Assembly: GCA_041665085.1 (NCBI GenBank) | Contig: JBAYJO010000002.1 | Span: forward strand, 83,413 to 147,412 | From: Patescibacteria group bacterium | GTDB lineage: Bacteria; Patescibacteriota; UBA1384; JBAYJO01 | Length of the DNA: 64,000 bases | Reading direction: 5' to 3' | In this document: piece after piece, positions 36,164 to 44,858 of the stretch | Layout of the letters: each line of letters opens with the position of its first letter | How positions within the stretch are numbered: position 1 is the first letter of the stretch | Translations under genes and position numbers: made by a program | The notes under the pieces: model-generated | Database searches by the model: none | Told to the model about the DNA's origin: nothing | The model's input: only the letters and a program-made list of their open reading frames with translations

Positions 36164-37141
36164 TTATACCACTAAATTTCTTAATCTATCGTTTGTGCCT
36201 TTGGCAAATCCGGCGATAATACTCCAAACAGCTTTGGCTACATCGCACATAACTCGTCCGATTAGAATGCCGGGAAAACCGCAATCGTTTCCGCCGATTT
36301 GCTCGATGATACTAATGTCTGCTAGTTTATGTTGAGTGTCGGAAGGAATTAGTTTTGTTTTGTCAAGAGTCATTGTTTGTTTGTAAACATTATGTTCACC
36401 AATTTTAGGCATATGGGTGTAGTCAGTTTGATTGAAATCTTTTTGAAAGAAATAGTATTGTTCTTTACCCCCATCTATAGAGATTTTTTCTGGTGTATAA
36501 ACAAATAATTGTGTTTTACCGGTATATACATCAGTATGAATTCGGGCTTGTGTATCTGTGCCTAGGCTATCATGAATTAATTTTAAATTCATTTCACCTG
36601 ATTTTAATGTTCCTTCAGCTAAAATTGGTCCATTGTTTGGCATTCGAATTTGAGCTTTAAATCCATCTGCTGGTAGGGCTATTTCAAATTCGTAATAAGT
36701 GTCATCGTTTTTGGAATGATCGGAAAAATCTGTTCCATCTTTGATTGATTGTGCAGAGGCAAGAGCAGCCCAGTTGCCACCTTTGCTAGCTGAATTATAA
36801 GTTTGGTTAATTATCAAATTATCTTCATCGGTTGTAGCATAACAAGTAGTAATCTGATCGCTTTTCCAAACATTTACCATGTATCCTGTAAAAGCGGTTG
36901 ATCTGGCTCCTGTCCATGTATAGGTGTCGGTTTCCGACAAACAAGCCGGCTCCTCAACCCCGTCAAGTCGAGTAAGTTTAAAGTCATTTGTGGATTTTTT
37001 TTCAAATTTCCAATAGTCGGCAGCATAAGCTTTTGGTGGATTTGTAAATATAAATGCAAAATTTGCCAATAATAATATTAGCATCATCAGGGCTCGGTAT
37101 TTTAATTTATTTTTAAACATTGTCCCCTCATAAGTATGCAT
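36164..37141 (-). CDS. Secreted protein with conserved pilin-like C-terminal tail (paralog A)
   Basis: Signal peptide. The C-terminus CDVAKAVWSIIAGFAKGTNDRLRNLVV is near-identical to the C-terminus of 37269..38348. Confidence 0.5.
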   Translation of the reverse strand: MHTYEGTMFKNKLKYRALMMLILLLANFAFIFTNPPKAYAADYWKFEKKSTNDFKLTRLDGVEEPACLSETDTYTWTGARSTAFTGYMVNVWKSDQITTCYATTDEDNLIINQTYNSASKGGNWAALASAQSIKDGTDFSDHSKNDDTYYEFEIALPADGFKAQIRMPNNGPILAEGTLKSGEMNLKLIHDSLGTDTQARIHTDVYTGKTQLFVYTPEKISIDGGKEQYYFFQKDFNQTDYTHMPKIGEHNVYKQTMTLDKTKLIPSDTQHKLADISIIEQIGGNDCGFPGILIGRVMCDVAKAVWSIIAGFAKGTNDRLRNLVV

Positions 37142-37216
37142 CTTAAATTATTATAACAGCTGACTTGGAATTTTGAAATTATTAAAGTTTAATCGCTAGA
37201 TGTATTTAAACCAATT

Positions 37217-37266
37217 CTCTGGATCCCAGCCTGCGCTGGGATGACAAAAGAAGTTGGGATGACAAC
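37217..37266. repeat. Hairpin repeat copy (ATCCCAGC-ctgc-GCTGGGAT plus partial second unit) between the two paralogous secreted-protein genes
   Basis: ctctggatcccagcctgcgctgggatgac is identical to 4193-4221 and 5609-5637. Confidence 0.7.
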
Positions 37267-37268
37267 TG

Positions 37269-38348
37269 TTAAACAACCAAATCCCTTAGTCGGTCGTTGG
37301 TACCTTTGGCAAAACCTGCAACTATTGACCACACTAAATTTGCAATATCACATACTATTTTATTTAAAAAGCGCCCAAGTTTGAAATTGCAGGGGTCAGG
37401 ATTGTCTGTTGGAGGGCTTGTAACGGTGTGTCCTACAACAGTGGTAATTTTCACATCAGTATCAGCCGGTTTAGAGTAATCAAATTTTGTAAAATCAATT
37501 AAAACAATATCCGAGGTTGTGCTACCGTCTTTATCATATGTTGCTGAGATTCTGTATGCAACAACATCTGTTCCGGAGACATTATGAGTAAATTTTGTTA
37601 CTGCTTTATCAACTGTGCCGACTTCTCCTAATCTGTCGTTAATATTTGTTCCCGATGCGTCGGGTGCTGTGCCTGATTCGATTTCAAATGATTTGAGATC
37701 AGTTGTGTTGGTTGGTTTGTCCCAGCTTAATTCAACTTTTGCAGCTTTATTGCTATAAGTAGAAACTTTTACTTTAAGATTAAGCGGTCTTCTTGTATCT
37801 AAAGTATCGGTTTGCCCGGATAATCCGCCTTCGGTTGTTTTTATCACGCTTCCACTTGGGGTTGTGGTTCCTTTTGTTGTCATTGTAAGTGTGCCTAGTG
37901 AAACTGTGTATCTATCAACTCCGCAAGCAACTACATTATTTGGATCATTATTTTCATCACGATCATTGTCCGGATTATATGGGTTGTCTTGCCAAGTTTT
38001 TTTACAGATTTTTGAATCACTTACTGAAAAAGACTTAGTAAAATTTTCATAACCAGTTTTTGATAGTTGCAGTTTATAGTTGCCTACAACAGGTGTGTAA
38101 ATTACAAAGCAGTTCGAATCTGTTCCCGGCTCTGAAGTAAAAGAATTGCCGGTAAAGGTGTTTTTGATCTCTTTTGTAGTGCCATCCGGATGAGTTAATT
38201 TTACATCGACTTGTCCCGGTTTTGAATCAAACTTTAAAAAAACCACATTACCTGTCATTGCAGATGCTTTTTCAATATTAATGTTTGAAAATGAAAAAAT
38301 CTGCAAGATGCAGCCTAGACAAATCATTGTACCGATAACTTTTTTCAT
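37269..38348 (-). CDS. Secreted PEGA-like / Ig-like domain protein with conserved pilin-like C-terminal tail (paralog B); first gene of the operon
   Basis: Signal peptide and a PEGA-like segment (VGNYKLQLSKTGYENF). The C-terminus CDIANLVWSIVAGFAKGTNDRLRDLVV matches the neighbouring paralog. Confidence 0.5.
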   Translation of the reverse strand: MKKVIGTMICLGCILQIFSFSNINIEKASAMTGNVVFLKFDSKPGQVDVKLTHPDGTTKEIKNTFTGNSFTSEPGTDSNCFVIYTPVVGNYKLQLSKTGYENFTKSFSVSDSKICKKTWQDNPYNPDNDRDENNDPNNVVACGVDRYTVSLGTLTMTTKGTTTPSGSVIKTTEGGLSGQTDTLDTRRPLNLKVKVSTYSNKAAKVELSWDKPTNTTDLKSFEIESGTAPDASGTNINDRLGEVGTVDKAVTKFTHNVSGTDVVAYRISATYDKDGSTTSDIVLIDFTKFDYSKPADTDVKITTVVGHTVTSPPTDNPDPCNFKLGRFLNKIVCDIANLVWSIVAGFAKGTNDRLRDLVV

Positions 38349-38372
38349 TCCCCTCCGAGTTATTTTCTTAAA

Positions 38373-38861
38373 CTATTTCTTAGAAAATCCGATAAATTTA
38401 TTATAACATTCTTCAGTTTTTTCAGCATTGCCCTGGTTTTTATAAGCGAGTGAGAGATATTTATAGGTTTCAGGATAAATTGGGTCAATTTTTTTTGCGT
38501 TTTCAAGTGCTTTGATGGCAGAGTCGGCATCATCTGTTTTAAGATAAGCAATTCCTAAGTATAACCATCCATCTCGATAGTTTTCGTCATCTGAAACGGT
38601 TTTTTCAAGAGTAATAAGTGCAAGTTCTGTTTCACCTGTGTTTAATTGTTTAATGCCTTGAATTAAGAATTCATAAGGAGTTTTGTTTTTAGATTCGATA
38701 TTGGTTTTATAGAGATTAATCGTTTCAAGTCTTGTCTGATCGTTTGAAATGATTTTTTGATTTGTGATTTTACTGGAAATAAAAAAATTAATTATAAATA
38801 AAATAAGCCCAAGAGCGATTATTTTTAATAAATTAGGGTGTTTTTGGAAAGTTGTCTTCAT
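38373..38861 (-). CDS. TPR-repeat protein with N-terminal TM anchor
   Basis: N-terminal TM helix, then TPR-like repeats (WLYLGIAYLKTDDADSAIKALENAKKIDP..YKYLSLAYKNQGN). Confidence 0.55.
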   Translation of the reverse strand: MKTTFQKHPNLLKIIALGLILFIINFFISSKITNQKIISNDQTRLETINLYKTNIESKNKTPYEFLIQGIKQLNTGETELALITLEKTVSDDENYRDGWLYLGIAYLKTDDADSAIKALENAKKIDPIYPETYKYLSLAYKNQGNAEKTEECYNKFIGFSKK

Positions 38862-38891
38862 GTTGTTAACAATTTAGTTTTATGTTGAAGA

Positions 38892-38919
38892 ATTAGAAAT
38901 TAGAAATTAGAAATTAGAA
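38892..38919. repeat. Perfect tandem heptamer repeat (attagaa x4)
   Basis: aattagaaattagaaattagaaattagaaattt lies between femAB-like and the TPR gene. A related array occurs at 51362-51404. Confidence 0.8.
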
Positions 38920-38927
38920 ATTTATGT

Positions 38928-39857
38928 TTATTTTCTTCTCATTTTTTCCACTAGTTTAAAGGCATTATAAGTGAAAGATGATAAGACCATGTCCCATCCT
39001 CCGATTAATTCTATTGTTTTCCCGCCAAATTGTCTTTTAAACTGACTTAATTTTGCGTGCTTGTGATTTTCGTTTTCAACTGGCGCAACTGCGAGCAAAT
39101 CGTAAATTTCAATTCCTTTTGCTTTTGCGTCTTGCATAATGGTCCAATGCATTAGATACGGCGCCATTGCTTGACGCATTTCATTTCCGGAAACACCATA
39201 TAAATAAGATGCGATTTTATTATAAAAAGAAACAATTTCACCGCAAATTGGTTTGTTTTGGTGATATCCAATATATAATGTTCCTATATCGTAGTCGTAA
39301 AGTGTTTTTGTGAGTTTCAAAAAATAACTAAATGGTCTGATGCTAAATTGATCTCTTTTGGCTGTGCTTTTCATTAATTCGTGAAAAGTTTTTAGATTAC
39401 TTTCAAGGTCTTCTTTTTCTATTTTATTTATTTGTATTTCATGTTTTTGGGCAACTTTAATATTGTAACGACCCTTTGGCTTCATATTCATTAAAATTTC
39501 TTCAGTTGATGGTTTTAAATCAATCCATTGCCTGTAGGATGGTTGAATATCTTCAAAGGCTCGAACCCAGTTATTTTTTTCAAATGTGGTTTTTAGCTCT
39601 TCGCTGTATAATTCCAAAGGTTCTATTCTAACAAAAATAGGTTTATATTTTTTGATAAATGGTTTGAGATTTTCGTTTAATTCTTCAAGTGATCCTTGCC
39701 AATTATGCGAAAAAGGTTCTGGAATATAAAAAAAATAGCGATTAAAATATGGTAATTTTTTAGCTAATACTAAAAATGTGCCAGCTTTGAAATAAAACCA
39801 GTCACCGGTTGACGCTTTAAAATCACCCCACTCGGAGGTTTGCAAAATGCTGTGCAT
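38928..39857 (-). CDS. FemAB-family peptidoglycan interpeptide-bridge aminoacyltransferase-like protein
   Basis: N-terminal SEWGDFK motif and a FemAB-type GNAT fold pattern, 309 aa. Confidence 0.6.
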   Translation of the reverse strand: MHSILQTSEWGDFKASTGDWFYFKAGTFLVLAKKLPYFNRYFFYIPEPFSHNWQGSLEELNENLKPFIKKYKPIFVRIEPLELYSEELKTTFEKNNWVRAFEDIQPSYRQWIDLKPSTEEILMNMKPKGRYNIKVAQKHEIQINKIEKEDLESNLKTFHELMKSTAKRDQFSIRPFSYFLKLTKTLYDYDIGTLYIGYHQNKPICGEIVSFYNKIASYLYGVSGNEMRQAMAPYLMHWTIMQDAKAKGIEIYDLLAVAPVENENHKHAKLSQFKRQFGGKTIELIGGWDMVLSSFTYNAFKLVEKMRRK

Positions 39858-39930
39858 ATATTTATTATAAAGTAGTTTGTTATTTTTCTAAAGTTAATTT
39901 TTTTTTAATTATTTTTAAATCAGTTTATGT

Positions 39931-40020
39931 AAGGGGCTAGGGGCTTCGAGTCTTGAAGCGCGCCCCTTTGCCCCTTACAAACCCCCACCCCCGCACGCCT
40001 GCCTGCCGGCGAGGCAGGCT
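39931..40020. repeat. GC-rich hairpin repeat cluster (AAGGGGC..GCCCCTT; GCCTGCC-tgccggcga-GGCAGGC)
   Basis: The core 'cctgcctgccggcgaggcaggc' is related to 'cctgcctggcggcaaggcaggc' at 41243 and 59852. Confidence 0.6.
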
Positions 40021-40048
40021 TTTCAAGGAGCGTCAATAATAATTTACT

Positions 40049-40098
40049 TTCTTGAAAAATCAAAACTCGCTAGGCTCAAACATTGATTTTTCAAGAAG
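40049..40098. promoter_or_regulatory. Perfect 15-bp inverted repeat (TTCTTGAAAAATCAA-N20-TTGATTTTTCAAGAA), candidate operator between divergent femAB-like and tsaD
   Basis: Perfect arms. A degenerate third half-site 'ccttgaaaaaatgaa' lies at 40117-40131. Confidence 0.45.
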
Positions 40099-40179
40099 CA
40101 TAAATTATTTTTTCCTTCCTTGAAAAAATGAATATTGGTTGAAATTTATGTCAAAAACAGGTATAATCTAATTACATTT

Positions 40180-41217
40180 ATGAAAATTTTAGCAATTGAA
40201 TCTAGTTGTGATGAAACTGCGGCCGCAGTTGTTGAAGAGAAAAATGGCAAAATTAATGTTTTGTCTAATTTGGTTTATTCACAAATTGAGATTCATCAAA
40301 AAACTCAAGGTGTTGTACCGGAAGTGGCTGCCAGAGCTCATATTGAAAAAATTTTACCTATAATTGATCAGGCTTTAATTAAAGCAAGTGAAACAAAAAA
40401 TAGTATAGATGCAATTGCAGTTACGTCCGGTCCGGGTCTTGTAGGCTCACTACTTGTTGGGGTTAGCACAGCAAAAGCACTTGCTTCTGTCTGGAAAAAA
40501 CCAATTTTTGGAGTAAATCATTTGGCCGGTCATTTGTACGCCTGTTTTATTGAGAATGATATAAAGTTGCCAGCCGTAGTTTTAACTGCTTCAGGTGGGC
40601 ATACTATGCTTATTTTGGTTGAAAAGATTGGCAAAATTAAAATTCTTGGTGAGACAATTGATGATGCAGCTGGCGAAGCTTTTGATAAGGTGGCGAAGCT
40701 TTTGGGTCTTGGTTATCCGGGTGGACCGGCAATTTCTAAATATGCCGATAAATTTTTGGGTAAAGAACAAAAAATTCATTTTCCGCGTCCACTTATGAAT
40801 TCCGGGGATTATAATTTTTCTTTTTCCGGTCTTAAAACTGCGGTTTTATATGCAATTAAAAAAGATTATCCCGAGATGAATAATTTAACAGATGAATATA
40901 AAGAAGAAGTTGCATATGCGTTTCAAGAAGCGGCTGTTGATGTACTTACTGAAAAAGCATTAAGAGCTGCCGGAGAATACAATGTGAAAACGATTTGTCT
41001 TTCCGGCGGAGTATCAGCCAACACAAGACTTAGAGAAAGAATGGGAGAAAAAGCAAAAGAATTTTCAAGCGATATTGAGGTAATTGTCCCGTCATTTAAA
41101 TATTGCACTGATAATGCGGCTATGATTGGTGCTGCAGCATTGCTTCAAAGAAATATAATCAAGCCAACCACGCATGAACATGTAAAAGCTGATCCAAATT
41201 TTGAGCTTGCAGAGTAG
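40180..41217 (+). CDS. tsaD: tRNA N6-adenosine threonylcarbamoyltransferase TsaD
   Basis: MKILAIESSCDETAAAVV plus conserved TsaD/Kae1 motifs. The start was moved to an internal ATG preceded by tataat (40163-40168). Confidence 0.85.
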   Translation: MKILAIESSCDETAAAVVEEKNGKINVLSNLVYSQIEIHQKTQGVVPEVAARAHIEKILPIIDQALIKASETKNSIDAIAVTSGPGLVGSLLVGVSTAKALASVWKKPIFGVNHLAGHLYACFIENDIKLPAVVLTASGGHTMLILVEKIGKIKILGETIDDAAGEAFDKVAKLLGLGYPGGPAISKYADKFLGKEQKIHFPRPLMNSGDYNFSFSGLKTAVLYAIKKDYPEMNNLTDEYKEEVAYAFQEAAVDVLTEKALRAAGEYNVKTICLSGGVSANTRLRERMGEKAKEFSSDIEVIVPSFKYCTDNAAMIGAAALLQRNIIKPTTHEHVKADPNFELAE

Positions 41218-41236
41218 TCGTAGAAATTAATTTTTA

Positions 41237-41363
41237 CGTCATCCCAGACCTGCCTGGCGGCAAGGCAGGCTTGATCTGGGATCCATCTATCTAAATTTGT
41301 ATTATAAACTCTGGATTCCAGCTTTCCGCCTAGGCTCGGCGAGACTGGTCGCTGGAATGACAA
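41237..41363. repeat. Composite hairpin repeat (GTCATCCCAGAC..GATCTGGGAT and CTGGATTCCAGC..GCTGGAATGACA)
   Basis: The first unit is identical to 59836-59880. The loop of the second unit (tttccgcctaggctcggcgagactggtcgct) occurs reverse-complemented at 51251-51290. Confidence 0.75.
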
Positions 41364-41400
41364 GATTGAATTATTAATCTAAAAGATATAAAATTTACTT

Positions 41401-43560
41401 ATGGAACTTGAAAAAGCTTACGATCCAAAAATCGTTGAAGATAAAATTTACAAAAAATGGCAAGATGGCGGATATTTTAAGCCAGAGATTAATCCGGATG
41501 GCGATCCTTTTTGTATTATTATGCCACCTCCAAATGCTAATGGCGCCCTTCATATTGGTCATGCGGTTTTTGTGACCCTTGAAGATATTATGACTCGGTA
41601 TGCAAGGATGCAAGGAAAAGCTGCGCTGTGGCTTCCGGGTGCTGATCATGCTGGTTTTGAAACTCAAGTTGTGTTTGAAAAAAAGCTTGAAAAAGAAGGA
41701 AAAAGCCGTTTTGGAATCGAGAGAGATGAACTATACAAAATGATGTATGATTTTACCCAAGAAAATAAAATTGGAATGGAAAACCAACTTCGCAAACTTG
41801 GTGCCAGTTGCGACTGGGATAGGACAAAATTTACTCTGGATGAAGATATTAAAAAAATTGTTTATAAGACATTTAAAAATTTATATGATGACGGCTTGGT
41901 TTATAGAGCCAAGAAATCAATTAATTGGTGTGTTAAACATCAAACTACGCTTTCTGATTTGGAAATAAAATATGCTCTGAAAAAAGATCCTTTATATTAC
42001 ATAAAATATGGGCCATTAACACTTGCGACTGTAAGACCAGAGACAAAATTTGGTGATACGGCTGTTGCTGTAAATCCAAATGATGCTAGATATAAAGAAT
42101 ACATTGGCAAGGAAATTGAGATTGAAACTGTTTTGGGCAAGGCAAAAATCAAGGTAATTGCAGATGATTATGTTGATCCTAAATTTGGCACAGGCGTTGT
42201 AAAAATTACACCCGCACATGATCCCAACGACTTTGAGATGGCCTTAAGACACGGTTTAGAGGTTCGGGAAGTAATTGATCAATATGGAAAAATGAACGAA
42301 AAGGCCGGTCCTTACGCTGGAATGAAAATTGACGAAGCAAGAGCAATAGTAGTTCTTGATATGCAAAAGAAGGGTCTGATCGAGAAAATTGATCAGGATT
42401 ATACTCACTCGGTTGCTACTTGTTATAAATGCGGTAGAACTATTGAGCCAAGAGTGCTTGAACAATGGTTTGTGGCAGTAAATAAAAAAGGTCAAAAAAC
42501 AGGCAAGAATCTCGCTAAAGATGCAATTCAGGCTGTTAAAGATAAAAAAGTTCAATTTGTTACTAAAAAGTTTGAGAAAATTTATAATCATTGGATGAGT
42601 AATATCAGAGATTGGTGTATCTCAAGACAGATTGTTTGGGGAATCCAAATTCCTGCCTATTACTGTGATTCATGCGGTAAGGACAATCCGATTGTTTCAG
42701 AAATAAAACCTTCAAAATGTCCAAAATGTGGATCTTCAAACCTGACTCAAGACAGTGATGTTTTTGATACCTGGTTTTCTTCTGGTCAGTGGCCATTCGC
42801 TGCTCTTAAAACAACTGGAGATTTTGATAAATTTTATCCAACACAAATTATGGAAACTGCTTGGGATATTTTATTTTTCTGGGTAGCGAGAATGATAATG
42901 ATTGGTTTGTATGAAACTGATAAAGTTCCATTTGAAAAAGTTTATATTCATGGTTTGGTCAGGGATCAGGATAGACAAAAAATGAGTAAATCTAAAGGCA
43001 ATGTAATTGATCCGCTTGGAATTGCAGAGCAGTACGGAACTGATGCGGTTAGAATGGCACTTGTTTTTGGTTCATCAGCTGGAAATGATACTTCTATTTC
43101 TGAAGATAAAATTCGAGGAATGAGAAATTTCGCCAATAAATTGTGGAACATTAGCCGTTTTGTGCTAATTGCACAAAACGAAAACTCAAAACTCAAAACT
43201 CAAAACTCAAAATCACAACTTATAATTCAAAACCTTACAGATAAGGATGCGTGGATTTTAAAGGAGTTAGATCATACGGTAAAAAAAGTAACCAAATATT
43301 TTGATAATTTTAAATATTCTCAAGCAGGTGAAGAAATTTATGAGTTTGTTTGGCACAAATTTGCTGACATCTATCTTGAGAAAGCTAAAGATCAACTGGC
43401 CAATGAGAAGTTAAAAGAAAATACCCAGGCAATATTATTATCAGTTTTGAAAGATACATTAAAAATACTCCACCCTATCATGCCGTTTGTAACTGAAGAA
43501 ATTTGGTCTAAATTACCGGGAAACAAAGAAATGTTAATTGTCGAAAGTTGGAAAAAATGA
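41401..43560 (+). CDS. valS: Valine--tRNA ligase (compact form)
   Basis: PPPNANGALHIGHA (the ValRS-type HIGH region) and KMSKSKGN. 719 aa. Contains an in-frame 7-bp tandem repeat at 43181-43215. Confidence 0.8.
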   Translation: MELEKAYDPKIVEDKIYKKWQDGGYFKPEINPDGDPFCIIMPPPNANGALHIGHAVFVTLEDIMTRYARMQGKAALWLPGADHAGFETQVVFEKKLEKEGKSRFGIERDELYKMMYDFTQENKIGMENQLRKLGASCDWDRTKFTLDEDIKKIVYKTFKNLYDDGLVYRAKKSINWCVKHQTTLSDLEIKYALKKDPLYYIKYGPLTLATVRPETKFGDTAVAVNPNDARYKEYIGKEIEIETVLGKAKIKVIADDYVDPKFGTGVVKITPAHDPNDFEMALRHGLEVREVIDQYGKMNEKAGPYAGMKIDEARAIVVLDMQKKGLIEKIDQDYTHSVATCYKCGRTIEPRVLEQWFVAVNKKGQKTGKNLAKDAIQAVKDKKVQFVTKKFEKIYNHWMSNIRDWCISRQIVWGIQIPAYYCDSCGKDNPIVSEIKPSKCPKCGSSNLTQDSDVFDTWFSSGQWPFAALKTTGDFDKFYPTQIMETAWDILFFWVARMIMIGLYETDKVPFEKVYIHGLVRDQDRQKMSKSKGNVIDPLGIAEQYGTDAVRMALVFGSSAGNDTSISEDKIRGMRNFANKLWNISRFVLIAQNENSKLKTQNSKSQLIIQNLTDKDAWILKELDHTVKKVTKYFDNFKYSQAGEEIYEFVWHKFADIYLEKAKDQLANEKLKENTQAILLSVLKDTLKILHPIMPFVTEEIWSKLPGNKEMLIVESWKK
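43181..43215 (+). repeat. Tandem heptamer repeat (aaaactc x4 plus one degenerate copy) inside the valS coding sequence
   Basis: gaaaactcaaaactcaaaactcaaaactcaaaatca encodes NENSKLKTQNSKSQ. Confidence 0.8.
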
Positions 43561-44858
43561 AAACAATAAAACGTTTTTTTAAAAAATTTATTTCAAGAGA
43601 TTTTTTAATCTGGACACATAAGTTGAGAGGTGCTGTTGCGGCTGCAATGTATAATTTTCCAGCCAAATCAATGATTGTAATCGGAGTTACCGGAACTGCA
43701 GGAAAAACTACCACATGTAATTTAATTGCTGATATTTTGTCAAAATCAGGTAAATCTGTAGCCATGGCTACAACAGTGAACTTTCGAATTGGCGATAAGA
43801 TTTGGCCAAACAATACCAAAATGACAACTGTGTCTCCAATGGCTTTGCAATCATTTATAGCTAAAGCCGTATCTCAAAAATGTGAGTATTTAGTGCTTGA
43901 AACAAGTTCTCATGCTATCGATCAGTATCGTAACTGGGGCATATCTTATCACACTGTATTATTTACTAATTTATCTCATGAGCATTTGGATTATCATCAC
44001 AGCATGCAGGAATATAAAGAAGTTAAAGGGCGACTTTTTGCAAACAATCCTGAAACGATAATTGTAAATGCCGATGATAAGGTTTCAGATTATTTTTTAG
44101 ATTTTAAAGCAAAACATAAAATTACATATGGTTTGAATAAAGCGGATGTAAGTGCTAAAAAAATACTCTCTGATGCTAAGAGCAGTTTATTTACTCTGGT
44201 TGCTTCAGATTCGCAAATTGCGATTGAGCTGCCGCTTACTGGTAAGTTTAATATTTACAACGCAATTGCTGCTGCTTCAGTTGGATTGTCGTTTAATATT
44301 AGTTTAAATGATATTAAGTCTGCACTTGAAGCAACTGGTGGCGTGTCCGGTAGGATGGAGCGGGTTGATATGGGTCAAAACTTTGAGGTTATAGTTGATT
44401 TTGCTCATACGCCTGATGAACTTCAAAATGTTTATGAAACATTAAAGAGTGTTTGTAGATCAGAAATGATTGCTGTTCTTGGATCAATGGGTGAAAGAGA
44501 TAGGACTAAAAGACCGGTGATGGGAGCTTTGGCAGGAAGATTTGCCAATACTGTAATTATTACAAATGAAGATCCAGTTAATGAAGATCCAATTCAAATT
44601 ATTGAAGAAGTGGCAAAAGGAGTGCCAAGGGGTGCGAGCAAGGATCATCCTATGGTGGAGAATAAAAATTTCTTTAAAATCGTTGATAGAAGAGAAGCGA
44701 TTGCAAAAGCATTTTCACTTGCAAAGGCAAGAGATATTGTTATTTTAACAGGTAAGGGCGGTGAACATGTGATGGCAATTGGTGATGAAAAAATCCCATG
44801 GGATGAGGTTGAGATTGTTCGAGAGGAACTTAAAAAACTGTTAGGCAAAACGAGATGA
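43557..44858 (+). CDS. murE: Mur ligase family protein, MurE-like UDP-MurNAc-tripeptide synthetase (short N-terminus)
   Basis: GVTGTAGKTTT P-loop and LETSSHAIDQYR...FTNLSHEHLDYHHSMQEYKEVKGRLF. ATGA overlap with the valS stop. The ORF track start at 43548 is a TTG. Confidence 0.6.
   Translation: MKTIKRFFKKFISRDFLIWTHKLRGAVAAAMYNFPAKSMIVIGVTGTAGKTTTCNLIADILSKSGKSVAMATTVNFRIGDKIWPNNTKMTTVSPMALQSFIAKAVSQKCEYLVLETSSHAIDQYRNWGISYHTVLFTNLSHEHLDYHHSMQEYKEVKGRLFANNPETIIVNADDKVSDYFLDFKAKHKITYGLNKADVSAKKILSDAKSSLFTLVASDSQIAIELPLTGKFNIYNAIAAASVGLSFNISLNDIKSALEATGGVSGRMERVDMGQNFEVIVDFAHTPDELQNVYETLKSVCRSEMIAVLGSMGERDRTKRPVMGALAGRFANTVIITNEDPVNEDPIQIIEEVAKGVPRGASKDHPMVENKNFFKIVDRREAIAKAFSLAKARDIVILTGKGGEHVMAIGDEKIPWDEVEIVREELKKLLGKTR

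Noticed and set aside
38360-38551. 63-aa ORF overlapping the TPR gene in another frame.
   Set aside because: Fully inside 38373..38861. Spurious.
43548-44858. MurT or FolC assignment for the Mur ligase family gene.
   Set aside because: The P-loop is the Mur-type TGTxGKTT rather than the FolC-type. The SSHAID...FTNLSHEHLDYH block matches MurE/MurF, and no MurT Cys4 ribbon is visible. Kept as MurE-like with moderate confidence.
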